DNA from: an uncultured Pseudomonadota bacterium
GTDB lineage: Bacteria > Oederibacteriota > Muellerivitia > Muellerivitales > Muellerivitaceae
Length of the DNA stretch: 64,000 bases
NCBI GenBank assembly: GCA_963836235.1
Contig: CAWIIP010000005.1
Span: forward strand, 64,001 to 128,000
Direction of reading: 5' to 3'
Shown here: positions 60,938 through 64,000 of the stretch, piece by piece
How positions within the stretch are numbered: the first letter of the stretch is position 1
How the letters are laid out: every line of letters starts with the position of its first letter
Notes under the pieces: model-generated
What the model was told of the DNA's origin: nothing
The model's input: the letters and a program-made list of their open reading frames with translations, nothing else
Database searches by the model: none
Program-made: the position numbers and the translations under genes

Positions 60938-61258
60938 TTAACGAATCCACAAAAGGTATACCAAGAAGTTTAGGGATAAAACCAAGATCGCCCCATAAAG
61001 AACACCCTTGGCGACATACGGTTGATTTTTTTTCCTAAAAAAAAGAAAACAGGGGATGACATAAACCCACTGGCTTAATCCACAAAATCCCAGGACAAGC
61101 ATGGGGAAAGTCGCCCAATCGTTGGTAGGGCCATTAGGGCCCCAATCCGCCCAAGTGTCAAAAATAGCGAAGGCAAAAAGAAACAAAGCAAAAAGAACGG
61201 CAAGAACAATCCCCATACCTTCAAATACCTGATAGCGCCGGGAAGATTCCTCAACCAT
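60938..61258 (-). CDS. Small 3-TM hypothetical membrane protein
   Basis: ATG 61258 with GGAGGAG RBS overlapping the amidohydrolase stop; three hydrophobic segments. Confidence 0.6.
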   Translation of the reverse strand: MVEESSRRYQVFEGMGIVLAVLFALFLFAFAIFDTWADWGPNGPTNDWATFPMLVLGFCGLSQWVYVIPCFLFFRKKNQPYVAKGVLYGAILVLSLNFLVYLLWIR

Positions 61259-62501
61259 TTTTCTCCTCCCCCGAACTTTCCTGCCAACCCTTTTTGAATT
61301 TTGTCTTTTCCCATTGACGAATCCAAAAATCCAAGTCAAAAGGTTGGGGAAACTCCAGTTCCCCCGCCGGATAAGGGCGTCCCCCTTTAAGAACCAGTTT
61401 TAATGTCCGGAAATACTGCGGGTCTTTTAATGGATCGTGTTGATAAAGAGCCAAATCGGCGAATTTCCCTTTTTCAACCGTACCTAGTTTCTCTTCCATT
61501 CCCAATAGTTTCGCCGCGTCCCGAGTGGCCATTTTCAAACACTGGAAAGGAGTCAACCCCGTGGATTGCAAATCTTTCCATTCTTTTACGGAAACGCCAA
61601 AAGGCATGTGGGGATTCCCCGCGTCCGTTCCGTAAGCTACTTGGCCTCCGAGACTCAAGAACCTCTCCAGGTTTTTTTGGCATTGGTGGTGCCCCGCCCT
61701 AAACCCATGCTGGCAATACTGACCGAAAGGATGATCAGCCCGGCGTTTCCACTCTTCCGCCCAACCCGCATGGGCGTGAAGTGTCGGAATGATCACGACT
61801 TTCCTTTTAATGGCTTCCTTCCAAAGATCATCGGAAACGGGGCGGGCTGGAATGTGTGCCACTTCATTAACACCACTTTTCACGCAAACTTCAAAATCAT
61901 CCTCATTGGTGATGTGGGCGGTAACCCGTTTGGAATGAGTGTGGGCCGCGGTCACGATGGCCGAAACCTCTGTCTCCGAAAGACAAGCGCCCAACTCATG
62001 TTCCATCCCCAGTTTAATAATATCCACACCCATTCCAATCAATTTTTTAACTTTATCCTGAGATTGGTAGCGCCCCTGGACGGGTGCCGAAACTTTGGGA
62101 CCCCAAACGTTTTCAGGATAACCTTTGGGACAGGTTAAAACAGGCCCGGAAATAAAAATTCGCGGCGCGGCAATGAGCCCCGATTGCTCCTTGGCCTTCC
62201 AAGCGAGCGCGTCAAAGATATCACTGGCAAGATCCCTGACGCTGGTAACACCATTCTTTAAAAAACTCGATAGAGTTTTTTCGTCCACGAGGCCGTGGAC
62301 ATGCAGGTCAATTAAACCCGGAAGAACAAAAAGTCCACGACCATCAATGACTTCCACCGCCTGATAGGCCGGGGCTTTGGAATGGTTCCCGGCATATATT
62401 ATTTTTTCCCCCGATACGAGGATGGTGGAATTCGCGGCAGCCTTATCTTTGGCGCCGTCATAGAGAGTCACATTTTCAATTGCGGTGTTAATTTGAAGCA
62501 T
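61251..62501 (-). CDS. Metal-dependent amidohydrolase family protein
   Basis: IDG.G..VLPGLIDLHVH, NGVTSVRD, VTAH, GTDAG, G.VE.GK.ADL; start uncertain (62501 or upstream). Confidence 0.88.
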   Translation of the reverse strand: MLQINTAIENVTLYDGAKDKAAANSTILVSGEKIIYAGNHSKAPAYQAVEVIDGRGLFVLPGLIDLHVHGLVDEKTLSSFLKNGVTSVRDLASDIFDALAWKAKEQSGLIAAPRIFISGPVLTCPKGYPENVWGPKVSAPVQGRYQSQDKVKKLIGMGVDIIKLGMEHELGACLSETEVSAIVTAAHTHSKRVTAHITNEDDFEVCVKSGVNEVAHIPARPVSDDLWKEAIKRKVVIIPTLHAHAGWAEEWKRRADHPFGQYCQHGFRAGHHQCQKNLERFLSLGGQVAYGTDAGNPHMPFGVSVKEWKDLQSTGLTPFQCLKMATRDAAKLLGMEEKLGTVEKGKFADLALYQHDPLKDPQYFRTLKLVLKGGRPYPAGELEFPQPFDLDFWIRQWEKTKFKKGWQESSGEEKNG

Positions 62502-62629
62502 AGAACCCCAAAATCCATCCATGGATTTGTGCGGACAAGTCAAACAATCAACATCATTTTCATTCGGAGCGAGAAGGCTTTGGCCAAAGAAAGTCGGAGT
62601 CCCTATCATTAATCCATTTTGATCCGTGG

Positions 62630-63511
62630 CTATGGTTGTGGTTTTTCAAAAATTCCATTTAACAAATAAGCCAGCCTAACTCCAGCCTTTTCCAACTGAT
62701 CGTCCACGATCAAACGCATCTTACCCGAATAGTAGTCTTCCGGCAGATCCTTTCCCCACCGATTCCGTTCTAAAAGCTGACCTTCGGGAAGTTCCTTGTA
62801 AATCTTGTTTTGGGCCGTAAGAAAACTTTCATAGGCCCAATCAGATGCCTTTCCTTGGGCCCAATTTTTCTCATCCCCTGGTTTGATTTCCTTCTCTAAC
62901 CGGGAAGCAAGCCAGCGTGGGTTTTCATTGGCTTTAGGCTGAAGAAGATTGTCCCAAAAACTGTGGAATTCGATCCAGGAATAATGACGTGAACGTCCAC
63001 GGGAACCATGATACCGAAACCATTTATCGTTTCCGCCGCGATCATGATCATCCGAGCAATGAAGAGGCTGATGAATATCCCCCATGAAATGGACAAGGAA
63101 CTTCAGCGCTTCTTTCTTATCCCTGGGCGAGGCAAAAGGTTCCCGGAGGACCACTAGATCTTTCTCGATTTGGTCAACGACACAATCATGGTGGGGACAA
63201 ACATCAGAAATGTCATATTCGCTCTGGTCTTGGCGAACATCCAGGTTGAAAAAATGCCACGACGCGGTTTCAGGCCTCGCTCTCACAATAGCATCCGCCC
63301 AGGTGGAAACGCTCACCAAATCCTCTTCTGGCCCCAGAATTCCCGCCACCGCTCTTTGGGTGTCGAGAGTCAATCGGTCCTGGGCGATATAAGCCACAGT
63401 CTGGTGCCCCACACGCCCCCAGGCCCCAACTCGGGACGCGATCGGCATAATCACAGCCGCAATCAAAGAGATATTCAAGCATGCTTTAACCCGCAATAGA
63501 ATTTCTCCCAA
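62630..63511 (-). CDS. S1/P1 nuclease, secreted
   Basis: AWG..GH, WAD, WHF, LVH..GD.HQPLH, D.GGN, H.FWD, AG.RLA; start uncertain. Confidence 0.93.
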   Translation of the reverse strand: MGEILLRVKACLNISLIAAVIMPIASRVGAWGRVGHQTVAYIAQDRLTLDTQRAVAGILGPEEDLVSVSTWADAIVRARPETASWHFFNLDVRQDQSEYDISDVCPHHDCVVDQIEKDLVVLREPFASPRDKKEALKFLVHFMGDIHQPLHCSDDHDRGGNDKWFRYHGSRGRSRHYSWIEFHSFWDNLLQPKANENPRWLASRLEKEIKPGDEKNWAQGKASDWAYESFLTAQNKIYKELPEGQLLERNRWGKDLPEDYYSGKMRLIVDDQLEKAGVRLAYLLNGIFEKPQP

Positions 63512-63513
63512 AT

Positions 63514-63542
63514 AAAAAAGCCCGGGATTTTTCCCGGGCTTT
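63514..63542 (-). terminator. Intrinsic terminator after ino1
   Basis: aaagcccggga-tttt-tcccgggcttt perfect stem followed by a U-run on the minus strand. Confidence 0.8.
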
Positions 63543-63563
63543 GAGAATTAAGTTCGCTTTTTC

Positions 63564-63998
63564 TTACCGCGCCTTTACAGGCTCCCCGGCTTTGGCGTAC
63601 TTGGCGATAAAAGTTTCCACCAACTCATGGGCCTCTGCGTCCGAATATTGGACCGGAGGTGTTTTAAAGAAATAAGAAGACGGACCTTCTAAGGAGCCCG
63701 CCAATTTCGAATCCAATGCCAATTTACAGCAACGGATGGCATCAATACCGACTCCGGCGCTATTGGGAGAATCCCATACTTCTAATTTCAATTCGATCGT
63801 CACGGGTACATTCCCAAATTCCCTACCTTCCAAACGGATATGGGCCCATTTGCGGTCCTGCAACCAAGGAACATAATCCGAAGGGCCTATATAAATGTTG
63901 TCCGGATCAATGGGATGGGATAATTGACTGACCACGGCGCCGGTCTTGGAGATTTTCTTAGATTCCAACCGTTCTCGTTCCAACATATTCTTGAAATC
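63564..63998 (-). CDS. ino1: myo-inositol-1-phosphate synthase (C-terminal part; 5' end outside window)
   Basis: [54 protein letters not shown]. Confidence 0.92.
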   Translation of the reverse strand, partial: DFKNMLERERLESKKISKTGAVVSQLSHPIDPDNIYIGPSDYVPWLQDRKWAHIRLEGREFGNVPVTIELKLEVWDSPNSAGVGIDAIRCCKLALDSKLAGSLEGPSSYFFKTPPVQYSDAEAHELVETFIAKYAKAGEPVKAR

Positions 63999-64000
63999 CA

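Overview
Bacterial chromosomal window, apparently from a diderm lineage that I cannot name from sequence alone. It has three parts. (1) 1-11.7 kb: a partial xylF-like sugar-binding lipoprotein, two tandem PilT-family ATPases, ahcY-metK (SAM cycle), a CUT1 sugar ABC transporter and a secreted GH3 beta-glucosidase. (2) About 11.7-48.2 kb: a very large cell-surface glycosylation locus. It holds two polyprenol-phosphate sugar synthase-like GT2s, one GT9, four ArnT/PMT-like GT-C proteins fused to PA14-like domains, two YfhO-like GT-C proteins, a DUF2723/TMEM260-like GT-C with TPRs, three membrane-anchored NHL propellers (two form an inverted duplication), an NHL-SGNH fusion, a GtrA-methyltransferase fusion, three more class I methyltransferases, a membrane spermidine-synthase-like protein, a doubly frameshifted GH125 mannosidase and an IS5 remnant. 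(3) 48.2-64 kb: the rpoN-hpf-ptsN-hprK-yvcK-mannose PTS-ptsH-ptsI region, with a GH57 gene inserted inside the PTS genes and an unannotated 51-aa Arg-rich ORF at its end, then a small membrane protein, an amidohydrolase, an S1/P1 nuclease and partial ino1. No rRNA, tRNA or CRISPR array was seen. The best candidate for an undescribed system is the multi-paralog GT-C/PA14/NHL/methyltransferase glycosylation machine. All family calls come from motif recognition, not database searches.
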